DNA from: an uncultured Nitrososphaerales archaeon
Lineage (GTDB): Archaea; Thermoproteota; Nitrososphaeria; Nitrososphaerales; Nitrososphaeraceae
Direction of reading: 5' to 3'
Assembly (NCBI GenBank): GCA_963841565.1
Contig: CAWJCY010000006.1
Span: forward strand, 1 to 64,000
Length of the DNA stretch: 64,000 nt
In this document: piece by piece, positions 55,117-64,000 of the stretch
Layout of the letters: each line of letters begins with the position of its first letter
How positions within the stretch are numbered: position 1 is the first letter of the stretch
Program-made: the position numbers and the translations under genes
The notes under the pieces: model-generated
Told to the model about the DNA's origin: nothing
The model's input: only the letters and a program-made list of their open reading frames with translations
Databases searched by the model: none

Positions 55117-55776
55117 ATGCATGTGATAGATTTGTCCCTCGAAATAAATGCAGATTTGCAAGTGTTTCCAGGTTCTCCTCAACCTCTATTCATGAAGTGG
55201 ACAAAATATGAGGTGCATTCTTATGATTCAGAAATCATGATGATGAGTACTCATACTGGAACCCATATGGATGCTCCTTCCCATTTCGTAGTAAATACTG
55301 CGAGTATAGATATGATCGGAGTAGACCGGCTTGTAAGTCCTGCCCTACTGTTGCACCTGCCTAAAGGCGCAAACGAACTGATCACCCTTGACGACTTGCG
55401 TGATATCAATGAAATAGATCGAGGCATTTCGATCGTGTTTAGAACTGGCTGGCAGAAAATGATAGCTGACAAAGATTACATGATAAGCAATCCTGGTTTA
55501 TCAGAGTCTGCTGCTGCGTTCTTGGCAGAGAAGAAAATAAACGCCGTAGGAATAGATGGTCCCAGTATCGATATTGGATCAGATGAACATTTCTCTACTC
55601 ACAAAATGTTGCTAGCCAAAGGCATTTTGATAGTAGAGAATTTATGCAATCTTGAGAGTCTAGAACATAAAGACACATTCACTTTGCTAATCAATCCGCT
55701 TAAGCTAAAGGGAGCCTCTGGTTCTCCGGTTAGAGCACTCGCAATAATAGCCAATCAAAGTTCTGCGAGGCCCTGA
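55117..55776 (+). CDS. Cyclase/kynurenine formamidase family metal hydrolase
   Basis: HTGTHMDAPSH, GIDGPSID, IVENL, GASGSPVRA. Confidence 0.9.
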   Translation: MHVIDLSLEINADLQVFPGSPQPLFMKWTKYEVHSYDSEIMMMSTHTGTHMDAPSHFVVNTASIDMIGVDRLVSPALLLHLPKGANELITLDDLRDINEIDRGISIVFRTGWQKMIADKDYMISNPGLSESAAAFLAEKKINAVGIDGPSIDIGSDEHFSTHKMLLAKGILIVENLCNLESLEHKDTFTLLINPLKLKGASGSPVRALAIIANQSSARP

Positions 55777-55857
55777 TCACATCAATTACGGCTTATCATC
55801 GGGGTGAGCGTGGCTAAAAAGACATTTATAAATAGTCAATCTCTAGTTGACAATAAA

Positions 55858-56193
55858 ATGCCAATGAGTTCAAATAAGGTGATTTTGGTTGCATCGTCTA
55901 TTTATCTTGTCTTTTTCTTTGCGCTAGGATCAGGCTTGTTTAATTCTATTCTTGAAGGGTCTGGAAGGTTATCAGGCTCTTTCATAATTCCATCAAGATC
56001 TATTCAGACAGTTGCTGAAACAGTGGTCATGATCATTATCTTTCTACTTGGGACGAGCGGAGTTTACTTACTCTATAAGGGTGGAATTTCTCAAGCGCCA
56101 ATTAAGAATCAAGGTGCATTAATAGCAGCTGGATTTGTAATAATAGGAATCGCGTTGGTCCTAGGATTTAGGATCATTGATATCAAGCTTTGA
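55858..56193 (+). CDS. Three-TM membrane protein resembling OST3/OST6/DC2 oligosaccharyltransferase accessory subunits
   Basis: SGLFNSI...FIIPSRSIQTVAETVV..TM pattern. Confidence 0.55.
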   Translation: MPMSSNKVILVASSIYLVFFFALGSGLFNSILEGSGRLSGSFIIPSRSIQTVAETVVMIIIFLLGTSGVYLLYKGGISQAPIKNQGALIAAGFVIIGIALVLGFRIIDIKL

Positions 56194-56295
56194 AGGAATG
56201 ACGCTCAGAACATCCAGGCCTGACGTAACAGATTATGTAAATAGCTGGAAAACACTACTGAATGAAAGGCTTTTTTTAAACATCTCGCACAGTAG

Positions 56296-56559
56296 TTATG
56301 GCTGAGACCTTAACTTATCTCCTTGTCCTTCAATCACTATCATTGTAAGAGTCGATCTAACCTTATCAATTCTTCTCACGTGCCAAGTTATGGTTTCTCT
56401 CAGTTTATCCATAGAATCGGCTCTTATCTTCACAATTATGTCATAAACACCGTATACTCCGCTTAATTCAACAACCTCATTTAATCTCCTCAGCTCCTTT
56501 AGAATTTCCTCCTCTGAGCCAAGGTCGCAATTTATAAGCACATAAGCTGTTGGCATCAA
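56296..56559 (-). CDS. Stand-alone Lrp/AsnC ligand-binding (RAM) domain protein
   Basis: AYVLINCDLG, GVYDIIVKI, VRRIDKVRSTLTMIV. Confidence 0.9.
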   Translation of the reverse strand: MMPTAYVLINCDLGSEEEILKELRRLNEVVELSGVYGVYDIIVKIRADSMDKLRETITWHVRRIDKVRSTLTMIVIEGQGDKLRSQP

Positions 56560-56817
56560 TAATTTAAGTCATGATCGGTGTATTAATCCTTTTAGGTCAC
56601 GCACCGCTGACAACAATCTTTTTCGAATAACTTTCGATAACAGGAGATGATCAATAAATCTCTTCCGACAACTGGGCAAAATCTTTCATATATATACGAA
56701 GTGTCAGCAAGATGACCTGTAGTCTAATATGCTCAATGCATGAAACATTTTGGAATGACCTGACTTTTAGGTACCAGTCCGAATGGATGTCTTCTAAAGC
56801 GAGAATCTCAATTTCCC

Positions 56818-57105
56818 TTAAACTTGAGGTTTGTAAATCTCTGAATCCAGTTTGTGCTTTCTAGCGACTACGAGAAGGAGTATCCCAAATAATAGAAGAA
56901 CTATTGCAATACCTTGTGCGTTTCCGTTCGGAACCAAGATGAAGTATGAAATGGAAAATGCAAAGCTAGTTAATGATTGAAGAGAGTACTTCAAGAAATC
57001 TGTTAAGGCGAGCTTCTTTCCTAGGTAGCCCACCACGAAGAAGGCCACAGTGGGGTAAATCGCAAGAAGTAGGAACTGATCAATGTCAACCCCATTGTGC
57101 GTCAT
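56818..57105 (-). CDS. Small membrane protein (3 TM)
   Basis: Hydrophobic 95-aa ORF downstream of GINS. Confidence 0.65.
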   Translation of the reverse strand: MTHNGVDIDQFLLLAIYPTVAFFVVGYLGKKLALTDFLKYSLQSLTSFAFSISYFILVPNGNAQGIAIVLLLFGILLLVVARKHKLDSEIYKPQV

Positions 57106-57179
57106 TTTTGATTGCCTTAGTTAAGGCCCATGAAGAATATTTGCGTTACTCAAGACCATCTCTTTGGCATGGATCGCAA

Positions 57180-57806
57180 CTATGGAGCCAGGATTTGGAT
57201 CTCCTCAACAAAGCCATTCCGTGTTAATGCTCTAGCATTCTCCGATGGCAGTAATGCAATGTCTTCTTCGACATAAGGCCCATATGCAACCATATCTATT
57301 CCCATGAATCGGTCAATCGGCTTGATAAACCTGACAGGTACGCGTTTATGACTCAGCATATTTGATATTTTGTCCAAAACTACCGGTCTTCCTGCTAGGA
57401 TAGCCGACAAGATCATCTCGATTCTATTCTGTGTTTCCAAGCTCCCATCCAGCACAAATTTCTCTTCCCTAGTCATATTGGAATAATCAATCATTTCTAA
57501 CTCATTTTTTTGCCCCTCACGAAAGTCCGCCTTTCGGCTTGCCTCGATCTTGGCATATCTGGTTTCAAAAAGCAATCTTATGGCATTGAATAGGAGTTCT
57601 ATCTGCGCCTTTGCGATTTGTTCTTCTTCCGCAAATTCCTTTGAAGACCCTCGTAGCGTTTCAATGCGTGCAGTAACTTCATGATAGATATTCACTGGGA
57701 GATTCTGTAGCGAATCGGTGTTAATTTCCTTTATCAACAATGTACACAGATACTTAAGTGAGATCGGTGCGTCATCTTTATGTACCGGGCGTCCAGTCGG
57801 TTCCAT
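57180..57806 (-). CDS. GINS complex subunit (Gins51/Gins15 type)
   Basis: Helical A-domain (LQNLPVNIY, RYAKI) plus C-terminal B-domain VRFIKPIDRFMGIDMVAYGPY..EDIALLP.ENA. Confidence 0.85.
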   Translation of the reverse strand: MEPTGRPVHKDDAPISLKYLCTLLIKEINTDSLQNLPVNIYHEVTARIETLRGSSKEFAEEEQIAKAQIELLFNAIRLLFETRYAKIEASRKADFREGQKNELEMIDYSNMTREEKFVLDGSLETQNRIEMILSAILAGRPVVLDKISNMLSHKRVPVRFIKPIDRFMGIDMVAYGPYVEEDIALLPSENARALTRNGFVEEIQILAP

Positions 57807-57952
57807 CTTAACCTATGTCTTTGCTGGAGGCCCTTTTACTTATTGTTTATTGGATGATGAACTAATTGCGAGATCGAGCAAAAGGATAGTCATTATCTTC
57901 AGCCAACAAGGGAAAATGCTTTTAAAACCACAAAGGTACTACTCTGATTATC

Positions 57953-58237
57953 ATGTCAAGTCATCCGGATGAGAAATCATCGACAGGGTATGGAAATCTC
58001 ATCCCAGTAGCGTGGTCCATTTTGGTAATGGGTATATCACTAGCAATAGTCATTGTGCTGTATGTTTGGTTCGGATATCTAGGACCTACGTTTTCAGAAG
58101 ACGTTCTTATAGAGCAACAGACTGATCTGAGAGAGCGATATGATCTTCCACCTCAAGAAGTCATTACGGATCCTGAAGTTCTACTAACTCCTCCTTCATT
58201 GCGGGGTGTGAGCGGGGAGAATAACAGCGCAACCTAA
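57953..58237 (+). CDS. Small single-TM hypothetical protein
   Basis: TM helix then acidic/Pro-rich tail; TTTTAAA box upstream. Confidence 0.65.
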   Translation: MSSHPDEKSSTGYGNLIPVAWSILVMGISLAIVIVLYVWFGYLGPTFSEDVLIEQQTDLRERYDLPPQEVITDPEVLLTPPSLRGVSGENNSAT

Positions 58238-58357
58238 GGCAAAACCGCATTATTGAGACGTTATACGAGTTTCGTACAATCCTAAAACCGGAGATTAGAA
58301 TGTTCAAATATTCTGTAGCCTCTAAGTGGATTAATACATGCCCAGTCTTTGTCAATA

Positions 58358-58789
58358 TCACTGTTTTTGAATTTTCTTGGGATAGTTCCTGAGTTTATCT
58401 AGTAGATCAAAATACATTCCAATCAGTTCAATCCGTTGCCTCTCATTATTTAGGTCACTGGACTCACTCTTCATGAGCTTGAATTGTTCAGCTATCCGTT
58501 CCTCGATCTCTTCTACAAAAGTATGAGCCAAAAAAGAGTGATTATCGTGAAATTGGTCCTCTACTTTACTGACTTGCTGCTCAGACGCGGCCTTTGCTGC
58601 GATTTCGTCTGCAGGCTGTTGTTTTCCGCAATTTATGCAGATTATCTCATTCTTGTACTTGATTTGAACGCCTTTACATATCGCACAGGGCGCGCTCAAT
58701 AAAGAGCCACCTTTTAGAAGAAACGAAACTGCGTCTTTCATATCGGACTTTCCTTCTGTTCCTACGTCCCTTGATCTACTAGAATCCAT
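58358..58789 (-). CDS. UPF0148/autoantigen-p27 family zinc-ribbon protein
   Basis: LLKGGSLLSAPCAIC...IICINC then helical tail. Confidence 0.8.
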   Translation of the reverse strand: MDSSRSRDVGTEGKSDMKDAVSFLLKGGSLLSAPCAICKGVQIKYKNEIICINCGKQQPADEIAAKAASEQQVSKVEDQFHDNHSFLAHTFVEEIEERIAEQFKLMKSESSDLNNERQRIELIGMYFDLLDKLRNYPKKIQKQ

Positions 58790-59001
58790 ACATTATTACC
58801 ATATTTTGTTTCAATTCCTTGAAGACTTTTCAAAAAAGCCTCACTGGGAAATGGGTGCACCTAATAAGACGAACGGATATATAAATAACATAGGATAGAA
58901 CAAAATTCGAAAAATTCCAATATTCGAATTTGCCCTAAAAAATCAGCCAATTAGATGAAAATAACCAATATAAGCATTAGCGGTGGTCTCGTAGAGGAAA
59001 T

Positions 59002-59166
59002 ATGACTGATAAAGAGTTCGAAAGGATCATATCTTTTATTGTGAATGAAAACGTGGTACGACGTCTTCTCAACTCAGTCGATCAATCTAATAAACCGAAT
59101 GGACATGTTGGAGCCCATATCAAAGTTGATACACAAAATAACAACCTCATAAAATTTCTTAATTGA
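59002..59166 (+). CDS. Possible 54-aa small protein, below ORF-track cutoff
   Basis: MTDKEFERIISFIVNENVVRRLLNSVDQSNKPNGHVGAHIKVDTQNNNLIKFLN*; GAGG and AT-rich box upstream. Confidence 0.4.
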   Translation: MTDKEFERIISFIVNENVVRRLLNSVDQSNKPNGHVGAHIKVDTQNNNLIKFLN

Positions 59167-59293
59167 AAAGTACTGAATAAGCTTTTAAACTTAAATATGT
59201 TATTGTAACCAATCCAAATAACAACCGTGAGGCCCTTTAGTACAGAATAGAACGCTTTTTAATCTTAAGGAGAGTACTTAATCATAACGAGCA

Positions 59294-60007
59294 ATGGAAG
59301 TAAATCAAATCAGAGAACCTGAAGTGAATAGACCCATAATGATAGCAGCGATGCAGGATATGGGGAATGTAGGAAGTATTGCGATAGATTTTTTGAAGAA
59401 AAGTCTTAAAGCGATCCCATTTCGCTTCGTGTGTTCGAATTATCCGAACTATGTCATGGATAGAGGAGGTTACATTGAATTTAACCCAGAAAGATGGGAT
59501 TATTGCTATGGAGAGAATATGATCCTTTTTGGCGGCGGTTACGGACAACCTCAGAGTAACGAAGAATTGACCTATCTGTGTAATGATGTGATCAATGTTG
59601 CTAAGAAGTATTCTGCTCAGATAATCTATACGTGCGGGGCCTTTCATTCTGACTCGAATTTTGGGAAAAGTCCAAGGACCTATGCGACTACAAACTCACA
59701 AGCCTTAACAGAGCAGATTACGCGTCTTGGGATATCTAAGACGGAAAGACCCTCATATATCACAGGATTTAATGGATCAATTCTTGGATTTTCGAAAGTA
59801 AATGGGATCAAGGCAATTGGGCTTTATGCAGAGATCCAAGAGCCCCAAATCCCTCAATATAGATCGGCTAAGAGCATAATCCACCTTCTAGAAAAGTTGA
59901 CATATCATAAAATAGATGGAATTAACGAACTAGATGTGATGGGAGAAGCTGTCGACAAAGAAATGGAAAGAATAAAAAGACAAGAAACTGAAAATAGCAC
60001 TTCATAG
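59294..60007 (+). CDS. PAC2/proteasome assembly chaperone family protein
   Basis: MIAAMQDMGNVGSIA, GYGQP, IYTCGA, ITGFNG, PQYRSAK. Confidence 0.85.
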   Translation: MEVNQIREPEVNRPIMIAAMQDMGNVGSIAIDFLKKSLKAIPFRFVCSNYPNYVMDRGGYIEFNPERWDYCYGENMILFGGGYGQPQSNEELTYLCNDVINVAKKYSAQIIYTCGAFHSDSNFGKSPRTYATTNSQALTEQITRLGISKTERPSYITGFNGSILGFSKVNGIKAIGLYAEIQEPQIPQYRSAKSIIHLLEKLTYHKIDGINELDVMGEAVDKEMERIKRQETENSTS

Positions 60008-60079
60008 AAACAAGAATTGGTCAAGTTTTAAACATTACATGACCGTCAACGAAATTTAGTCCAAGTTAGACGTGTTCTA

Positions 60080-61153
60080 TTATCGTTCCCTTTTCCCTTC
60101 AACGAATTCTAGAAACTTCTCTTTAGCATCTAGGTAATGCATCTGAACTGGTGGATGTTTAAAACAATATGCGGACACACTCTCTAACGGACCGGTAATA
60201 TTCCTATCCATTGCTAGCTTTACCCCTCTAATTGCGTCTACCATCACCCCCGCGCTGTTGTACGCATCCACAACTTTTAGCTTCAAGTCCAGCTCAACTG
60301 GGATTTTGCCAAAGTACTTGCCTCTAATCGATAAGTAACAAATCTTGTCATTGTTAAGAAATCCAACATAATCTGAAGGGCCGATTCGTGTTGGAATAGG
60401 ATAAGGTGACATTGCTTGAACTGCAGAAGTCTTGCTAATTCTCTTATCTTCTAACCTATCTTCATCAAGCATGTTATAGAAGTCCATATCTCCGCCTACA
60501 TTTAGCTGATAAGTATCATCAATTTTGACCCCTCTATCAACGAACAACTTTACCAGGCTTTTGTGTACGACAGTTGCACCAAGTTGGCTCATTACATCAT
60601 CACCTGCGCAAACGAGCCCCCTACCTTCAAAAGACTGCTGCCATTTAGGTGCCGAGGCGATAAAAACAGGGATAGCATTTATGAACGAAACCTTTCGAGT
60701 CTCCAGACATTGCTCAGCGTAGAATTGCGTAGCGAGTCTGCTTCCGACTGGAAGATAGTTCAAGAGTATTTCAGCTCCGCTGTCCTTTAGTATGCCTGCT
60801 ACATTAGAATCAGGGACCTCTGAAGCCCTTACTTTTTCTAGGTAATGCTTACCAAGACCGTCCAGCACGGAGCCTTTCTCGACTCTAACATCTAGCTTGT
60901 CTAGTCCATTAATTATATTCGGTGTATTATTGGGTTCTGCATATATCGCCTCCGAAAGATCCTTCCCCACTTTACCCTCAGTGACATCAAATGCTGCAAC
61001 AAATTCGATATCACCAGGATCAATTCCACCAAGCGAGTATTCGGTTAGGCCAATTGCGTCAGACCTATTCGCACTATAGTAGTGAATTCCTTGAATAAGG
61101 GCGGAAGCACAATTCCCGATCCCGGCAATAGCAACACGAACTTTTCTTGACAT
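60080..61153 (-). CDS. ino1: Myo-inositol-1-phosphate synthase
   Basis: AIAGIGNCASALIQG, NYLPVGS, GDD..SQLGAT, QLNVGGDMDF, NSAGV. Confidence 0.93.
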   Translation of the reverse strand: MSRKVRVAIAGIGNCASALIQGIHYYSANRSDAIGLTEYSLGGIDPGDIEFVAAFDVTEGKVGKDLSEAIYAEPNNTPNIINGLDKLDVRVEKGSVLDGLGKHYLEKVRASEVPDSNVAGILKDSGAEILLNYLPVGSRLATQFYAEQCLETRKVSFINAIPVFIASAPKWQQSFEGRGLVCAGDDVMSQLGATVVHKSLVKLFVDRGVKIDDTYQLNVGGDMDFYNMLDEDRLEDKRISKTSAVQAMSPYPIPTRIGPSDYVGFLNNDKICYLSIRGKYFGKIPVELDLKLKVVDAYNSAGVMVDAIRGVKLAMDRNITGPLESVSAYCFKHPPVQMHYLDAKEKFLEFVEGKRER

Positions 61154-61301
61154 AGAATATACCGGATCTGAAAGTATTGGCTCACATATAAATCAGAGAA
61201 AGAAAATGAAAACGACTATGACGATTCCGTGGATTCTATATCCTATCAAATCGGAGTATCGAAGATCAAATATATTCTCCGAGATGATCTAAATTGCGAG
61301 A

Positions 61302-61752
61302 TTGAAAAAACCTCCACAATGTTCTTCTTTTCGCCTAACAGTACAAACACATATTCACCTGACTGAATCTGCAGATAAGCTAGAAGCGGCACTTAAAAAA
61401 GTAATTCCAGTATCTACAACAAATGTAGAGAGGAAAATTATTTTGGTGGGAACGTCCAATCAAGTTGAATCTCTTTCGATCATATACGAACAAGTTAAGT
61501 CGCGGAGAACCGTCTCGGGTACTAAGAAGAATGCTGATTAACAACCTGGATGGGAACACTACTTCCTTTATTTTAAACAAGCAGGCAGCGGCCGCAGGAG
61601 TGGTAGCCTTGATAGACAGAGAGAGCGAATCACCCCTTGGTGGGCTTAGAATACAGATTCAATGTCAGCCAATACAACAAGTAATCGATTGGCTGACTTA
61701 CGCTTTAGATGCAGACAAACATCAAAAATATAGTGAGTTATATGAGCGCTGA
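61302..61752 (+). CDS. UPF0201/DUF54 RNA-binding protein; frameshift near 61520
   Basis: IHLTES.DKL..ALKKV in one frame; LNKQAAAAGVV...ESPLGGL in the next. Confidence 0.75.
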
Positions 61753-61828
61753 TCGGATGAATGCGGTGCAGTGAGATCTACTAATTTCCTCTATAGGCTA
61801 TTAAGGCGAGTATCCTCTTCACATGGCA

Positions 61829-62704
61829 TTATTCTGCAGATAGATCCCAATAGTTAGCGTCCTTGAATTCTGCCTTTGGCTTGCCTAATGCCTTCCATTC
61901 CTTAAATGATTTTGCATACAATCTTACATTTTTCAGGCCAGCAAGTTTGAGTCCATAGTAAACTAAACCCGATAGTGTGCCAACGCTGCCACAGTAAGTT
62001 ACTAGTTCTGAATTTTCATGTATGCCTCTATTTTGCAACAAACGTCTAATATCGTCGCTTTTGCTCAGAACCTTCCCATCTGCTCTAAGCATAGTATACG
62101 GAAGATTCACTGCTTCTGGAATATGTTCAGAAAGAAAATTAAGTCGTTCTCTAGAATCAATTAACACCTTATTTGATGCCGCTTCTTCAACATAGGCGAG
62201 GTCAGCATATATCGATTGATTAATTCTCAGAGGATGAGGTTGCCACTTGTAACTGTTTAACTTTTTTTCAGTGCGAAATCCCATACTTTTCCACTGAGCG
62301 AACGTGACTTCTAATATGGATGAATGTTGATGACCTACATATTGAAATGTCCACGCAACTCGTGCAGCCAACGCTCCGAATGTATCATCATAGGTAACCA
62401 CAGGTAAGTCCTCATTTACTCCAATGTCTTGTAACAATTCGATGCATCGAGCTGGGCTTTCTTTCTCCAAGATCTTTGCTAACGGCAGGGAAACTGCCCC
62501 TGGTATGTGTTCTCTGACATATTCCTCTTCCTTCCGTACATCGACCACTCTTACATTCTTCTTTCTTATCAGAATAGACAGGGTATTGACATCGCAGACA
62601 GTATCGGGAATCGAATAATACTTAGATTCTAGACCACTACCTCTGCCTCGGTGTGTCTTGTCCTGTTTTTGACTACCCATGGGCAAAGCCTTTTTCGACG
62701 TCAT
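61829..62704 (-). CDS. Two-domain rhodanese/thiosulfate sulfurtransferase
   Basis: VVDVR...HIPGAV, AARVAW, HIPEAVN, TYCGSVG, SFKEW. Confidence 0.9.
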   Translation of the reverse strand: MTSKKALPMGSQKQDKTHRGRGSGLESKYYSIPDTVCDVNTLSILIRKKNVRVVDVRKEEEYVREHIPGAVSLPLAKILEKESPARCIELLQDIGVNEDLPVVTYDDTFGALAARVAWTFQYVGHQHSSILEVTFAQWKSMGFRTEKKLNSYKWQPHPLRINQSIYADLAYVEEAASNKVLIDSRERLNFLSEHIPEAVNLPYTMLRADGKVLSKSDDIRRLLQNRGIHENSELVTYCGSVGTLSGLVYYGLKLAGLKNVRLYAKSFKEWKALGKPKAEFKDANYWDLSAE

Positions 62705-62710
62705 ATCAAA

Positions 62711-64000
62711 CTAAGCGGCACATTCGCCTCTAGCTGTTTTTGCACTAAATCTTGTATCGCTCCCGTAATCCTGGTACGCTTCAGGGTGCTGATCTACTGA
62801 TGGAAGCTGCACAACATCTGCTAAGGCTCTCTTAATATCTTCGATGTCGTGGACAGAGCCGATCGCTTCACCTTTCAATACTTTGTCTACCCAGTGGCGA
62901 AGTGTTTCACCTTCACTATGCTCATTCCTATAGATTTCTATTATTTTGAGAACTGTATCAATCACTCGCTTTGCAGGAACACGCATTATGACCCGCCCTA
63001 ATTCTCCTCTTTCTCCTGCCGAGCCTCCAAACATCATAGTGTAAGTCGGGGCCATTACATTGCCTATCCTAGATGCCCCGCCAAAGAAGCCTATAGTCGC
63101 TATTTCGTGCTGTCCACATGAGTTTGGACATCCACTAATTTTGATTGTACTATCAAGGAGCATATCATCTGTATCTAGGCCTAATTCTAGGAACTTGTAT
63201 TGGATCTCTTTGGCCATACGATGCGAGTTTGTTATGGCTAAATTACAGGAAGTAGTCCCAGAACAGCCGACTGCAGATGTAATGGTCAAAGCCCCCGGGT
63301 TTGACAATCCCACTGATGCCAATCGGTTGTAAAATTCAGGTAAATCATTGGCATTAACGTATCTGATAGCGAAGTTCTGTTGTGGAGTATTTCTAGCTCC
63401 ACCTTCCATCGATAGTTCGCGGATAGTTCCGGCCAATACTCGCAACTGGTTTGCGGTAATGTCACCAGCACCGAGTGTGACAAATACCGTATAATATCCA
63501 GCCTGTTTCTGAGCGATCACATTGGAGTGAACCCATCTCTCGTATGCACTAGTGTTAGACGTATCTCGTTCACTATACATACGCAGTTTAGTCCCGTTAC
63601 GAATTTCCTTGGGCAAGAATTGATCGTCTTCTTCGGCGGCTAAACTGAACATACTTTCCGTGCTGTGAGCAGTTGTCATCATGACTATAGACCTTTCTTT
63701 GAGCGCCATCTTTTGGAATTTTTCCCATCCCATTTCATTCACCAGATACCGCATTCTATTCCTGGCCATATTTTCTCTATTCCCATTCCTGTCAAAGAGT
63801 CTAATGACTGCCATACACGTAGCCAAGAGCTTGTCTTCAGACGTGAACTCCTCTAGCAAATGACCTATAAAGGAAGCAGCACCTAAACCTCCTCCAAGAT
63901 AGATCCTAAAGCCTCGTGAGCCATCTTTTGTCATCGGGACAAGACCGATATCTGCAATTCTAACCAGTCCATGCTTCTCACAGCACGCGAAGTTGATCTT
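62711..64000 (-). CDS. Ferredoxin-dependent sulfite/nitrite reductase (siroheme), 5' part outside window
   Basis: CSGTTSCNLA and ISGCPNSCGQH siroheme/Fe-S motifs; RNRMRYLV; adjacent sulfurtransferase suggests a sulfite role. Confidence 0.9.
   Translation of the reverse strand, partial: KINFACCEKHGLVRIADIGLVPMTKDGSRGFRIYLGGGLGAASFIGHLLEEFTSEDKLLATCMAVIRLFDRNGNRENMARNRMRYLVNEMGWEKFQKMALKERSIVMMTTAHSTESMFSLAAEEDDQFLPKEIRNGTKLRMYSERDTSNTSAYERWVHSNVIAQKQAGYYTVFVTLGAGDITANQLRVLAGTIRELSMEGGARNTPQQNFAIRYVNANDLPEFYNRLASVGLSNPGALTITSAVGCSGTTSCNLAITNSHRMAKEIQYKFLELGLDTDDMLLDSTIKISGCPNSCGQHEIATIGFFGGASRIGNVMAPTYTMMFGGSAGERGELGRVIMRVPAKRVIDTVLKIIEIYRNEHSEGETLRHWVDKVLKGEAIGSVHDIEDIKRALADVVQLPSVDQHPEAYQDYGSDTRFSAKTARGECAA

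Overview
This window looks like chromosomal DNA from a soil-type ammonia-oxidising archaeon (Nitrososphaerales/Nitrososphaeraceae-like). The assignment rests on an AOA-type NirK, split MetH, Cdc6, GINS, aIF6, eS26, stand-alone Lrp/AsnC domains and archaeal TATA boxes. Several essential genes (nirK, metH, cdc6, pyrG) carry single-base frameshifts, so the assembly probably has long-read indel errors. Bases ~1.8-18.8 kb form an accessory region ending at the 3' end of tRNA-Arg(GCG). Its left part is an ACP-dependent acyl-transfer cluster: PIG-L deacetylase, AcpS, FkbH, ACP, MaoC dehydratase, and two GlmU-like LbH acyltransferases in a 1.09-kb direct repeat that differ almost only at the predicted active site. 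Its right part is a mosaic of decaying genes, including a cas3 relic. The rest is mostly core genes. Notable exceptions are a ~2.8-kb secreted silk-like poly-Ala/Gly protein gene, a GC-rich bacterial-type muconolactone isomerase, an orphan nuoI, an 11-bp palindrome array, a structured element upstream of cdc6 and an OST3/6-like membrane protein. All family calls come from motif recognition; no database search was run.
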